Shown here piece after piece: positions 63,521 through 64,000 of a stretch of 64,000 nt of DNA. This DNA is from Epiperipatus broadwayi. Lineage: Eukaryota; Animalia; Onychophora. A model generated the notes under the pieces. That model did no database searches and was not told where the DNA came from. It saw only the letters and a program-made list of their open reading frames with translations. Each line of letters opens with the position of its first letter. The first letter of the stretch is position 1. The position numbers and the translations under genes were made by a program. The DNA lies in assembly GCA_028023455.1 (NCBI GenBank), contig JAQFVV010000009.1, positions 2,790,001 to 2,854,000 of the forward strand, in the 5' to 3' direction.

Positions 63521-64000
63521 CTCCGCTTAGCTATTGCATAGAGAACTGATGATCAACAATATCTATGAGATATATAAAGCAGAAGCTTAGTTACTAATAA
63601 AATCTATCAAGCTGGGAAAATAACACATTCCTACTTAAGTTGTGTAAACCCAGCATAGAGATAATAGCACAGTTTCTGCTCAGAACCATGAAAAAACGAA
63701 CAAAAGATACAATCTTTTAATTTTGTTCAATTTTTTTTTTTCAGATTTATTTTTAAAAATGTTTTTTCCCCTATAGTTTTTTAGTTTGTGCAAAATTCTC
63801 AAACCAATTTCTAAAGTTTAATAAAACTAGTTTATAGATTTTCCATCATTATACTTCCAAATTGTTACATTTTGATTTACAAATGTCAAATTGAGTGGAA
63901 GTGTGGAGCTTATTTGATATACTTCCAAATTCTATTTAAATTTTCTTTGATAGTGCAGCTAGTTTAAGAAAGATCTTTCTGATCAATATTTTCACTACAT

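Noticed and set aside
4900-63560. Other CUGANGA heptamers (e.g. ~4906, 7323, 11869, 34305, 36115, 43925, 46502, 51677, 63547)
   Set aside because: No helix II followed directly by GAAA and a matching helix I.

Overview
Very AT-rich metazoan (arthropod-like) genomic DNA. It holds one confidently reconstructed protein gene: a 4-exon HAD-family pseudouridine-5'-phosphatase (PUDP/HDHD1/Gs1l-like, + strand, 226 aa, 20803-44497), whose first exon and second exon are missing from the ORF track. The rest is layered transposon debris: two decayed Ty3/Gypsy elements, a solo LTR with a 5-bp TSD just upstream of the gene, hAT (Charlie/Buster-type) MITEs at NTCTAGAN sites, a young and an old RTE LINE, older LINE scraps and at least three Penelope-like (GIY-YIG) elements. 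Two signals stand out. (1) About ten minimal type-I hammerhead ribozyme motifs, mostly in Penelope ends or in non-coding fold-back mini-elements. (2) A 1456-bp insertion of a ~338-bp tandem repeat that flips orientation internally and is flanked by a 13-bp target-site duplication. All calls are by eye from the sequence; no database searches or folding programs were run.
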